Assembly: GCA_046734995.1 (NCBI GenBank)
Contig: JBKPSK010000005.1
Span: forward strand, 1,150 to 65,149
DNA: 64,000 bases
DNA from: Pseudomonadota bacterium
GTDB lineage: Bacteria > Pseudomonadota > Alphaproteobacteria > Sphingomonadales > Sphingomonadaceae
Reading direction: 5' to 3'
Shown: in pieces, positions 1 to 10,522 of the stretch
How the letters are laid out: each line of letters opens with the position of its first letter
Position numbering within the stretch: the stretch's first letter is position 1
The notes under the pieces: generated by a model
The model's database searches: none
Seen by the model: the letters and a program-made list of their open reading frames with translations, nothing else
What the model was told of the DNA's origin: nothing
Program-made: the position numbers and the translations under genes

Positions 1-111
1 GTCGCGGTCAAATGAGCCGCGGCCAAAACTGCCGCGCTCACGGTCGTCGTCGCGCCATCGCGGACGCGCTTCGCGCCAGTCACCGCGCGATTCATAACGG
101 TCATAGGCCAT
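1..111 (-). CDS. 5' part of a charged low-complexity protein, probably DUF2171/SWFGD-type general-stress protein (runs off window)
   Basis: RBS GGAGGG then ATG at 111; reads MAYDRYESRGDWREARPRWRDDDRERGSFGRGSFDRD, which resembles the N-terminus of sphingomonad DUF2171 proteins from memory; not in ORF track. Confidence 0.55.
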   Translation of the reverse strand, partial: MAYDRYESRGDWREARPRWRDDDRERGSFGRGSFDRD

Positions 112-165
112 TGATTTTCCCTCCAAGGATACCGCGGGCAACACGCGCCCACGGACTGATGAAAC

Positions 166-190
166 AACGATTGGCGGGGGCCGCCGTTCC
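166..190 (-). promoter_or_regulatory. EcfG/SigT general stress response promoter
   Basis: Exact GGAAC-N16-CGTT on the minus strand, 55 nt upstream of the ATG at 111. Confidence 0.7.
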
Positions 191-271
191 TACGGGCGAG
201 ACGAACGGAGGCCGACCGCGCGGCCAAGCGAACGGAGGCGAAACGGTGTGGAGTTTTTGGAGCGGAGCCCC

Positions 272-361
272 GCTCGCCAGCCCCCGGACTGGCTGCGCCG
301 GGGCCACTCAGCATTCGTGAACCCCGTGCTCGCCAGTCCTCCGGACTGGCTGCGCCGGGGC
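272..361. repeat. Two ~33-bp direct repeats, each holding a hairpin, abutting the tRNA-Ala 3' end
   Basis: gctcgccagcccccggactggctgcgccggggc (272-304) and gctcgccagtcctccggactggctgcgccggggc (328-361). Confidence 0.85.
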
Positions 362-437
362 TGGTGGAGCTGAGGGGAATCGAACCCCTGACCTCTGCAG
401 TGCGATTGCAGCGCTCTCCCATCTGAGCTACAGCCCC
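362..437 (-). tRNA. tRNA-Ala(CGC)
   Basis: Reverse complement GGGGCTGTAGCTCAGATGGGAGAGCGCTGCAATCGCACTGCAGAGGTCAGGGGTTCGATTCCCCTCAGCTCCACCA; 76 nt, G3:U70, anticodon CGC, CCA end. Confidence 0.97.
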
Positions 438-507
438 GCACCCGGCGAGGCGCTCACTTAGCGACGCTCCCCTGCTCTTGCAATCCGTCGTTCCGGGTCC
501 AGTCCGT

Positions 508-858
508 TTACAGCACGAAGCGGACCGAGACGACGCCGCGGGGGCGATATTCCTTGCCGATCCCGCTCTGCGCCGTGTCGTAATAGCGCGCCTCGAAGGT
601 CATCTTGCCGGCGCCCCCGGCATGGACGACCGGTGTCGAACCGACGTCATGGATTTGCACAGTGACGACGGGCCGCCGGGCCCGTAACGTCACATATGGT
701 CGCAAAAGTCTCGTGAATGAGCACCATTCGGCGTGACTCTATGTGACCCTAAGCGGTGCGTGTGAGGATGATCGACATTTTGAAAGAGCCTCGCCTCGCA
801 GCTGGTCCGGGAGACCGGCGAAGACGAGGCTGCGGAGCCACGCCGCGATGGCGAGCAT
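508..858 (-). pseudogene. Possible decayed small gene with an in-frame TAG at 739-741
   Basis: GGAGAG then ATG at 858; ORF-track pieces 739..1071 and 508..705 share a frame and are separated by a single TAG; no recognisable family. Confidence 0.3.
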
Positions 859-888
859 CGCTCTCCACGCAGCAAGGCTGCGCCGCCA

Positions 889-917
889 GCCAAGCAAATC
901 AATTCCTACATTGGAAG
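889..917. repeat. 29-bp exact direct repeat, copy 1
   Basis: gccaagcaaatcaattcctacattggaag, identical to 1473-1501. Confidence 0.92.
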
Positions 918-985
918 AGTCACGCACAGCTTGTCCGGGGGACAAGCGAGCATGACTCTCAAGCGCGATCAGTCCGGGGGACTGA
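916..985. repeat. Two REP-like hairpins with GGG loops
   Basis: gcttgtcc-ggg-ggacaagc (929-947, inside outer stem agagtca/tgactct) and tcagtcc-ggg-ggactga (969-985). Confidence 0.75.
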
Positions 986-1076
986 CGAGAACGAGGCTCA
1001 AGCGCAGTTGGCCGCGAAGGTTCCAGTGACATTCCTCGGCTGACCGGCCACAAGGTCCTCAACAGGAGCAATCGAA

Positions 1077-1457
1077 ATGAACTGGCGCGACGGCACGCTG
1101 CTGGCGGCAGGATTGATCGGTATCGCCGTCGCGATCTTCCACGGTGTGCTGACCCAAAGGCTCATGGTCCGGCCGTTGGCGGCAATGCTCGCCGAGCAGC
1201 GCGGCCGCGCGGTAATCCGGCGGTTGGTGCCGGGGATGCTTCAATTCAGCACCTACAACTGGTTGATCGGCGGACTCGCTTTGGTGGCCGCCGCGCTTTG
1301 GATGGGACCTGAGGCGCGAATGGCTACTGGACTGCTGGTCGGCAGTTCCTATCTTTACGGCGCCGTTGGCAATTGCTGGGCGACGCGCGGCCGTCATCCG
1401 GGATGGGCGTTGTACGCTGTTGCGGTGGTGCTGATTGCAGCGAGCCTGGCGGGATAG
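1077..1457 (+). CDS. Hypothetical membrane protein (about 4 TM)
   Basis: AGGAG RBS, 126 aa, four hydrophobic segments, C-terminal RHPGW motif. Confidence 0.8.
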   Translation: MNWRDGTLLAAGLIGIAVAIFHGVLTQRLMVRPLAAMLAEQRGRAVIRRLVPGMLQFSTYNWLIGGLALVAAALWMGPEARMATGLLVGSSYLYGAVGNCWATRGRHPGWALYAVAVVLIAASLAG

Positions 1458-1472
1458 GACCCGCGGTTCGAG

Positions 1473-1501
1473 GCCAAGCAAATCAATTCCTACATTGGAA
1501 G
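1473..1501. repeat. 29-bp exact direct repeat, copy 2
   Basis: gccaagcaaatcaattcctacattggaag, identical to 889-917. Confidence 0.92.
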
Positions 1502-1640
1502 GGCCTCGTGAGCCGATGCCACGTCGGAGGTTGGAGGAAAGTTACTAGGGGTAATCCCGATTTTCCCCTTTATTTGGACGCCTAGACCAAAGCCAAGGAA
1601 GCAACGGAAACTCATAAGCCGCTTCCGTGGACAGTCGCGC

Positions 1641-2417
1641 ATGGGCAAACTGACGAGGGAAGAATATGCGGAGCACCTGCGGGCGATGCAGGCGGAGCTC
1701 AACGAGATGGCGCGGTGGGTCAGGGAGACCGGCCAGCGCATGCTCATCATCCTCGAAGGCCGCGACACGGCCGGCAAGGGCGGGGCCATTCGCGTCATTT
1801 CCCAACACCTCAATCCCCGCATGTGCCGCGTAGTCGCGCTGACCAAGCCCAGTGAGCGCGAAGCCACGCAAATGTATATCCAGCGCTACATCAAACACCT
1901 CCCGTCCGGCGGCGAGATCGTCCTGTTCGACCGCAGCTGGTACAATCGGGCGGGAGTCGAGCGCGTAATGGGCTATTGCACTGAAAAGCAGGCCAGGGAC
2001 TTCCTCGAACGCGTGCCCAAGCTTGAACGCGCCATCACCGAAGACGGCATAATCCTGTTCAAATATTACCTGACTTGCGACCAGCAAGAACAGGAAAAGA
2101 GGTTCCAGGAACGGCTGAGCGATCCCCTGAAGCGGTGGAAGCTGTCGCCCATTGATCTGGAGGCACGCGCAAAATACGGTGATTACACAAAGGCGCGCGA
2201 GGCGATGCTGAAGGCGACGCATTCCAAGCACGCGCCCTGGATCCTGGTGGACTTCAACGACCAGAAGACTGGCCGGCTGACCCTGCTTCGCCACCTGCTC
2301 GATCACTCACCCTTCAAAAAACAGCCGCCGCCGAAGCTCAGGCTGCCGCCGCTGCCCGGCAAGCCCAAGCGGGAGCGGTTCGAGACGTTGAGGCCGATCC
2401 GCAGCTTCCGCGCCTAG
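1641..2417 (+). CDS. ppk2: Polyphosphate kinase 2
   Basis: Walker A EGRDTAGKGG; FDRSWYNRAGVERVMG; DPLKRWKLSPID. Confidence 0.95.
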   Translation: MGKLTREEYAEHLRAMQAELNEMARWVRETGQRMLIILEGRDTAGKGGAIRVISQHLNPRMCRVVALTKPSEREATQMYIQRYIKHLPSGGEIVLFDRSWYNRAGVERVMGYCTEKQARDFLERVPKLERAITEDGIILFKYYLTCDQQEQEKRFQERLSDPLKRWKLSPIDLEARAKYGDYTKAREAMLKATHSKHAPWILVDFNDQKTGRLTLLRHLLDHSPFKKQPPPKLRLPPLPGKPKRERFETLRPIRSFRA

Positions 2418-2440
2418 GAGGTGCGACCACGAGCCAGACC

Positions 2441-4138
2441 TTGACCGTGAACCAGAACAGCTGGCTCGGCTGGGTGCCGGGCCTCGGCACCTTGCGGCAA
2501 TATAAGGCGACCTGGCTGCGCAATGATATCGTCGCCGGCATCGTCCTGTCGACGATGCTGGTGCCCGTCGGCATCGCCTACGCTGTGGCGTCTGGGGTTC
2601 CCGCCATCAACGGCCTCTACGCGACCATCGTCCCGCTGCTCGTCTATGCCTTGTTCGGCCCCAGCCGGATTCTTGTGCTCGGCCCGGACTCGTCGCTGGC
2701 GCCGGTCATCCTCGGTGTCGTCCTGCCCTTGTCGCTCGGCGATCCAGCGCGTGCTGTGGCGCTCGCCGGAGCCATGGCCGTTGTCTCGGGTACGGTGTGC
2801 ATCTTCGCCGGCGTCTTCAGGCTCGGCTTTGTCACCGAGTTGCTCTCCAAGCCGATCCGCTACGGCTACATGAACGGCATCGCGTTGGCGGTGCTGATCA
2901 GCCAGCTGCCCAAGCTGTTCGACATCAAGATCGAGAGCACGGGTCCCCTACGCGATCTATGGGCGATCGGCGGGGCTTTGCTGGCCGGCAAAGCAAACTG
3001 GACGGCGGCCGCTCTTGGGATCGGGACGCTCGCAGTGATCCTGATCTTCAAGCGATTCAGGCGCCTGCCCATCATCCTGATTGCGGTTATCGGCGCGACT
3101 ATCCTCGTCGGGCAGTTGCATCTGTCGGCGGAAGCCGGAGTCAAAGTGATGGGCCCGGTGCCGCAGGGGCTGCCGAGCTTCACCATCCCCTGGCTGAGGG
3201 CGAGCGACATTGTGCCCGTGCTGTTGGGTGGCTTTGCCGTTGCCATCGTCTCTTTTGCCGACACGAGCGTGCTGTCGCGCACCTTCGCGGCGCGATCCGG
3301 AACGCGGGTCGATCCCAACCAGGAAATGGTCGGCTTGGGCGCCGCCAACCTCGCCGCCGGTTTCTTCTCGGGCTTCCCGATCAGCAGCAGCTCGTCTCGC
3401 ACTCCAGTCGCGGAGGCGGCGGGCGCCAAGACCCAAATGACAGGGGTCGTCGGCGCGGTGGTTGTTGCGCTGCTGCTCGTTGCGGCGCCAATGCTGTTCC
3501 AGAATCTACCTTATGCGGCGCTCGCCGGGGTAGTCATCGCTGCCGCTATCGGCCTGTTCGAGTTCGGCGACCTGGGGCGCATCTACCGCATTCAGCAATG
3601 GGAGTTCTGGCTGTCCATATTGTGCACGGTCGGGGTTGCCGTGTTCGGCGCCATTCCGGGCATCGGCATCGCCATCGTCTTTGCCATCATCGAATTCCTG
3701 TGGGACGGCTGGCGGCCGCACTGGGCGATCCTCGGCGACCCGCCCGGCGTCGAGGGCTATCACGACATCGCCCGCTATCCCGACGCCCCGCGCATCGACG
3801 GCTTGGTCCTGTTCCGCTGGGACGCGCCTTTGTTCTTCGCCAATGCCGAATTGTTCAACCAGCGAGTGCTCGACGCGGTCGCGGAATCGCCAACTCCGGT
3901 CAGCCGGGTGGTGGTGGCGGCCGAACCGATCACCAGCGTCGACGTCACCTCGTCCGACGCCGTCGCCGAGCTCGCGCAGCAGCTGAAAGCCGACGGCATC
4001 ACCCTTTGCTTTGCCGAATTGAAGGACCCGGTGAAGGACAAGTTAAAGCGTTTCGGCCTGTTCGCCGTGCTCGGCGAGGCCTGCTTCTTCCCGACGATTG
4101 AAAGTGCGGTCGTCAGCTATTTAGCCACAAGGCATTGA
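2441..4138 (+). CDS. SulP family inorganic anion transporter with STAS domain
   Basis: DIVAGIVL..VPVGIAYA, GLYA, NQEMVGLGAANL, SSSRT, C-terminal APLFFANA STAS; TTG start after GGAGG. Confidence 0.93.
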   Translation: MTVNQNSWLGWVPGLGTLRQYKATWLRNDIVAGIVLSTMLVPVGIAYAVASGVPAINGLYATIVPLLVYALFGPSRILVLGPDSSLAPVILGVVLPLSLGDPARAVALAGAMAVVSGTVCIFAGVFRLGFVTELLSKPIRYGYMNGIALAVLISQLPKLFDIKIESTGPLRDLWAIGGALLAGKANWTAAALGIGTLAVILIFKRFRRLPIILIAVIGATILVGQLHLSAEAGVKVMGPVPQGLPSFTIPWLRASDIVPVLLGGFAVAIVSFADTSVLSRTFAARSGTRVDPNQEMVGLGAANLAAGFFSGFPISSSSSRTPVAEAAGAKTQMTGVVGAVVVALLLVAAPMLFQNLPYAALAGVVIAAAIGLFEFGDLGRIYRIQQWEFWLSILCTVGVAVFGAIPGIGIAIVFAIIEFLWDGWRPHWAILGDPPGVEGYHDIARYPDAPRIDGLVLFRWDAPLFFANAELFNQRVLDAVAESPTPVSRVVVAAEPITSVDVTSSDAVAELAQQLKADGITLCFAELKDPVKDKLKRFGLFAVLGEACFFPTIESAVVSYLATRH

Positions 4139-4187
4139 AGTCCGGTTGCGGGCCTGTTCATGCCGTCATTCCGGGGATCGCCGACTC

Positions 4188-4227
4188 AAAAAGGCCCCGC
4201 ATCGCTGCGGGGCCTTCTTGTTTTTTT
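4188..4227. terminator. Bidirectional intrinsic terminator between SulP and pnp
   Basis: aaggccccgc-atcgct-gcggggcctt flanked by A and T tracts. Confidence 0.8.
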
Positions 4228-4262
4228 AGAGGACTGGGCCCCGGCCTGCGCCGGGGAACAGG

Positions 4263-6644
<2,382 letters not shown>

Positions 6645-6776
6645 TCTTTTTTCCTTACGCCCGCAGGCCGGATGCCGGCGGGTTCAGCAGTGGCAGACGA
6701 AGCCGGTCTGCGAGCGGTGCGGGGCCTAAAATGCCCCCAAGGCCAGCCGCCGAATGCGGAGAGGCCCCGATATGCG

Positions 6777-6798
6777 AAGGGCGCCCGAGGGCGCCCTT
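6777..6798 (-). terminator. Hairpin after rpsO
   Basis: aagggcgccc-ga-gggcgccctt directly after the rpsO stop; weak U tract. Confidence 0.55.
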
Positions 6799-6803
6799 GC
6801 GGG

Positions 6804-7073
6804 TTACTTGCGGAGGCCCAGCTTGCCGATCAGATCGGTGTAGCGCTGGACGTCTTCGCGCTTGAGAAAGTCGAGGAGCGAGCGGCGCTTGTTGACCATC
6901 ATCAGCAGGCCGCGCCGGCTGTGATTGTCCTTCGCGTGGGTCTTGAAATGCTCGGTTAGCGTCTGAATGCGGTCGGTCAAAATCGCGACCTGGACCTCGG
7001 GCGAACCCGTATCGTCCTTGCCGCGGCCATGTTCCTTGACGAGCGCAGCCTTGCGCTCTGTGGTAATCGACAT
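6804..7073 (-). CDS. rpsO: 30S ribosomal protein S15
   Basis: [28 protein letters not shown]. Confidence 0.99.
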   Translation of the reverse strand: MSITTERKAALVKEHGRGKDDTGSPEVQVAILTDRIQTLTEHFKTHAKDNHSRRGLLMMVNKRRSLLDFLKREDVQRYTDLIGKLGLRK

Positions 7074-7095
7074 CGGTTCACTCCGTTTCTAGTCT

Positions 7096-7983
7096 TCAAA
7101 GGTTGAACCCGCGGACGACGCGGACGTCGCCTGCCGAAACCTCGACCAGCGCGACGGGACGCTCTGCGTCGGTCGCGAGGTATAGGCCCGGCTTCGCGGG
7201 GTTCCCGACGAGCCGCTGTCCCTGTTGGAGCAGCATTGCCTGTTCGGGGGTGACGGGGAGGGCCGGGATGTCGTCCAGCCCCGCGGAAAGCGGGAGAACC
7301 GCCCCATCAAGGGTGCGCGCCTTAGCGAGATCGGCCAATTTGTCCAGCGAAATCGCCCTTTCCAGCCCAAACGGGCCGGCGCGCGTCCGCCTCAACATGG
7401 TGACGTGGCCGACAGTGTTCAACGCGAGGGCGAGGTCGCGGGCGAGGCTGCGGATGTAGGTGCCCTTGGAAACGGCGGCGGCGAGAGTTGCTTCGTCCGG
7501 CGTGGCGGACAGCAAGCGAAGGGCGTGGATCGTGACGCGGCGTGGCTGCAGGGCGACGGCCTCGCCGGCGCGGGCGCGGGCATAGGCGGGCTTACCACCG
7601 ATCTTGAGGGCCGAATAAGCCGGGGGGACTTGCTCAATCGGACCGGTGAAAGCGGTAAGCGCCGCCTCGACTTCCTCGCGCGAAGGCCGAATTTCGCTGG
7701 TCGCGACCACCTGGCCTTCTGCATCGAGCGTGTCCGTCTCTTCGCCGAAGCCGACCGTGAATGTATATTCCTTGGTGGCGTCGAGCATGCGGCCCGCCAG
7801 CTTGGTCGCCTCGCCAACGGCGATCGGCAGCACGCCGCTGGCGAGCGGGTCGAGCGTGCCGCCGTGGCCGACTCTGGTCCTGGGCTCGCCGGCTTCGCGG
7901 AGCGCGCGTTTGACCGCCGAGACGCACTGTGTCGAGCCCATGCCGACCGGCTTGTCGAGGATGATCCAGCCGTGAATTGGCAT
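7096..7983 (-). CDS. truB: tRNA pseudouridine(55) synthase
   Basis: GWIILDKP, VGHGGTLDPLASG, QVPPAYSALK, SKGTYIRSLARD; start set at ATG 7983. Confidence 0.97.
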   Translation of the reverse strand: MPIHGWIILDKPVGMGSTQCVSAVKRALREAGEPRTRVGHGGTLDPLASGVLPIAVGEATKLAGRMLDATKEYTFTVGFGEETDTLDAEGQVVATSEIRPSREEVEAALTAFTGPIEQVPPAYSALKIGGKPAYARARAGEAVALQPRRVTIHALRLLSATPDEATLAAAVSKGTYIRSLARDLALALNTVGHVTMLRRTRAGPFGLERAISLDKLADLAKARTLDGAVLPLSAGLDDIPALPVTPEQAMLLQQGQRLVGNPAKPGLYLATDAERPVALVEVSAGDVRVVRGFNL

Positions 7984-8071
7984 GGGCGGAGCAAGAGCAT
8001 TCAATTTGCTGTTCCGCAAACTGCATTTCGTTTAGGAGCAGTAACGGAAGACAAGCAGCAGGGAGGGCAAT

Positions 8072-8317
8072 ATGCGCAAATTACTGACCGGAGCGGCGAT
8101 GGTGGCGTTGAGCGTGTCGATGGCCGCTTGCAACAAGCAAGAGGCAGCGGAGAACAATGACGTCGCTGCCGAGGCCAACACCGAAGTGCTGGTCGACGAA
8201 AATGCGGCGATGGACGGCAATGCGACCATGGACGCCAATGCGACGATGGATACCAACGCGGTTGACACGAACGCGACCATGAACGCCGACACGGCGACGA
8301 ATAACACGACCGAATAG
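8072..8317 (+). CDS. Small low-complexity lipoprotein (NATMD repeats)
   Basis: GGGAGGG RBS, lipobox MAAC, Asn/Ala/Thr/Met/Asp repeats, followed by a terminator. Confidence 0.85.
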   Translation: MRKLLTGAAMVALSVSMAACNKQEAAENNDVAAEANTEVLVDENAAMDGNATMDANATMDTNAVDTNATMNADTATNNTTE

Positions 8318-8342
8318 GCCCAGCGAAACATCAACGACTTTG

Positions 8343-8380
8343 GCGGGCGCTCTTCCAACGGGAGGGCGCCCGCTTTGCTC
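8343..8380 (+). terminator. Intrinsic terminator
   Basis: gcgggcgctcttcc-aac-gggagggcgcccgc followed by tttgctct. Confidence 0.7.
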
Positions 8381-8384
8381 TGCT

Positions 8385-9002
8385 TCAAACCCGTGGGATG
8401 TCGAGGCTAAGCTGGCGGGCTTCGCCCTCGCTCAGCCGCTCGAAGAAATGGCGGCGGCACAGTGCGACATAGCGGTCGTTGCCGCCGATCTCGGTCTGGG
8501 CGCCGGCGGCGACGGCATGGCCTTCCGCATCGACGCGCAGGTTCATCGTTGCCTTGCGTCCGCATTCGCACACCGCCTTCAGCTCGATCAGGGCGTCGGC
8601 GAGGGCAAGCAAAGCGGCAGAACCTTCGAACAGATTGGCCTGGAAGTCCGTCCGGAGACCGTAGCAAAGCACTGGAATCGAGAGCTGGTCGGCGACCTTC
8701 GCGAGCTGAAGCACATGGTCGCGGGTCAGGAACTGCGCTTCGTCGACCAGCACGCAATGTAACGGGCGCTTCTTAAGCTCCTCGGCGATGGCGGCGTATA
8801 AATCGACGCTTTCGTCATAGGTTTGCGCGGGTGCCGACAGAGCGACACGCGAGCCGATGGTGCCGACGCCCGAGCGATTGTCATGCGAGGCGGTCCACAG
8901 CATCGTTTCCATGCCGCGCTCGCGGTAATTGAAATCGGCCTGGATGAGCGTGGTCGATTTCCCCGCGTTCATCGCCGCATAATAGAAATAGAGCTTGGCC
9001 AT
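8385..9002 (-). CDS. tdk: Thymidine kinase
   Basis: MAKLYFYYAAMNAGKST, VDEAQFL, CYGLRTDF, CECGRKA. Confidence 0.98.
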   Translation of the reverse strand: MAKLYFYYAAMNAGKSTTLIQADFNYRERGMETMLWTASHDNRSGVGTIGSRVALSAPAQTYDESVDLYAAIAEELKKRPLHCVLVDEAQFLTRDHVLQLAKVADQLSIPVLCYGLRTDFQANLFEGSAALLALADALIELKAVCECGRKATMNLRVDAEGHAVAAGAQTEIGGNDRYVALCRRHFFERLSEGEARQLSLDIPRV

Positions 9003-9401
9003 CTACGGGCAGAGCGATCCGGCGGGTGCAGGCCGGAAGTCGCTGAGGCGAACGGCCGCGACCGGACTTGACCAATGCTCGATCGCCAGGCGCCCGTTGG
9101 CGGGGACGGCACAGCTCTTCGCTGGCCCCGCCTTTCCGTCAGGCAGGATTAGGGTCGCGCGATAGCTGTAATCGAACCTGCTGTTGTTGGTCAGCGTCAT
9201 GGTGGTGCCCATCAACGACTGGAGGCTGACCTTCATTTCACCCGGTGCCGGCGACGCCTTGCCGTCTACCTGCCGCGGCCTGGCCGGCTGGCCGTTGGCG
9301 AGGGTGAAGATCCAGGTCTCGCCCATGCGCACGCTGAGTGGCTTCGCCGACAGCGGCGAGGCAGCAAGCAACGCAACAGTCAAGGAAATTGCTCGAAGCA
9401 T
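9003..9401 (-). CDS. Hypothetical exported protein
   Basis: Signal peptide MLRAISLTVALLAASPLSA, two Cys, co-oriented in operon; start set at ATG 9401. Confidence 0.75.
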   Translation of the reverse strand: MLRAISLTVALLAASPLSAKPLSVRMGETWIFTLANGQPARPRQVDGKASPAPGEMKVSLQSLMGTTMTLTNNSRFDYSYRATLILPDGKAGPAKSCAVPANGRLAIEHWSSPVAAVRLSDFRPAPAGSLCP

Positions 9402-9413
9402 GACGTCCTTATT

Positions 9414-9481
9414 CGTCATTCCCGCGTATGCGGGAACCTCTATTTTGTTCCTTACTTGGTCCCCGCTTTCGCGGGATGGCG
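9414..9481. repeat. Alphaproteobacterial REP-like inverted pair (CGTCATTCCCGCG..GCGGGAA type)
   Basis: cgtcattcccgcgtatgcgggaacct ... ggtccccgctttcgcgggatggcg. Confidence 0.8.
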
Positions 9482-9482
9482 A

Positions 9483-10016
9483 TCAGCGGGGCCATTCGTC
9501 GCGCAGAATGGCGAACAAAACTGTGTCGCGGACGTGGCCGGTCCAGGTGATGCGGTCGGCACGCATCACGCCTTCGCGCACCGCGCCCAATTTCTTCATC
9601 GCCGCCTGGCTGCGCTCGTTGCGCCTGTCGACACGGAATTCGACGCGGCGGAATCCGGATGAAAAAGCGCGCTTCAGCATCATGTCCTTTAGCCGGCGGT
9701 TGAAGCCGGTGCCGCGGAATTTGGGGCGGTAATAAGTCCCGCCGATCTCCAGCAGCCCGCGGCCTTCGTCGACGCCGAGGAAGCTCGACATGCCGGCCAG
9801 CTCGTCGCCGTCGAACAGGACGAAGGTGCGGTTGCGCGGGTTGCTGCGGTATAGATCGATGGCTTCGTCGAAGCCCTTGGGGCCGAAATTGGTAGCGTAT
9901 ATCTGCCAGATTTCGTCATCCTCGGCGCAGGCCGCTTTCAGAGCTTCGCGATGCCGCTCGTCAAACAGCTCCGCCCGGCAGCCATCGCCGGTCATCGGCG
10001 CGTCGAGCGCACTCAT
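9483..10016 (-). CDS. GNAT N-acetyltransferase (RimJ/RimL-like)
   Basis: [46 protein letters not shown]. Confidence 0.92.
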   Translation of the reverse strand: MSALDAPMTGDGCRAELFDERHREALKAACAEDDEIWQIYATNFGPKGFDEAIDLYRSNPRNRTFVLFDGDELAGMSSFLGVDEGRGLLEIGGTYYRPKFRGTGFNRRLKDMMLKRAFSSGFRRVEFRVDRRNERSQAAMKKLGAVREGVMRADRITWTGHVRDTVLFAILRDEWPR

Positions 10017-10405
10017 TCCTCTTCTAGGTCCTGGGCGACGTGGCTGGTTCGCAGCAACCGGTCGATGTGTGTGCCCTCGTCGAAACTTTCGTCCGCGAGG
10101 AATTTGAGCTTGGCAGCATATTTCTTGCGGACGTGGGTCGCGACTTCGCGCTGCAGGAAAGCGGTGTGGGTGCGCAGCGCCTTTAGCACCGCTTCCTCAT
10201 CCTGGCCGAGTAACGGCTTCACGAACACCGTCGCATGGCGCAGGTCGGGCGACATTCGAACTTCGGTGACGCTGACGAGATGGCTCTGCAGCGTCTCGTC
10301 ATGCACATCGCCGCGCTGCAGGATTTCGCTCAATATGTGCCGCACCTGTTCGCCGACGCGCAGCACGCGGACCGAGCGACCTTCGGGGGTTTCCTGACGA
10401 CGCAT
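10013..10405 (-). CDS. rbfA: Ribosome-binding factor A
   Basis: [23 protein letters not shown], position after infB. Confidence 0.97.
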   Translation of the reverse strand: MRRQETPEGRSVRVLRVGEQVRHILSEILQRGDVHDETLQSHLVSVTEVRMSPDLRHATVFVKPLLGQDEEAVLKALRTHTAFLQREVATHVRKKYAAKLKFLADESFDEGTHIDRLLRTSHVAQDLEEE

Positions 10406-10409
10406 TTTA

Positions 10410-10518
10410 CCCTCGCCCCTTCAGGGGAGAGGGAGGAGCCGCGCCGCGGCGGAGGGAGAGGGGGAGTTTGCGGGGACTGCCCCTCTCCCCGACCCTCTCC
10501 CCTGAAGGGGAGAGGGGG
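10410..10518. repeat. Palindromic intergenic repeat (CCCTC..GAGGG family)
   Basis: ccctcgccccttcaggggagaggg ... ccctctcccctgaaggggagaggg; core shared with 26631-26703. Confidence 0.85.
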
Positions 10519-10522
10519 ACGG

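Noticed and set aside
272-361. CRISPR array or prophage attachment site at tRNA-Ala
   Set aside because: Only two repeat copies, no cas or integrase gene, and the repeat does not duplicate the tRNA 3' end
756-1043. 95-aa plus-strand ORF and other short ORFs at 478-1071
   Set aside because: They run through the direct repeat and hairpins, lack a clear RBS and have non-protein-like composition
6645-6776. Named riboswitch in the rpsO-pnp gap
   Set aside because: GC-rich stems are present and fit an ordinary pnp leader, but I recognise no riboswitch consensus
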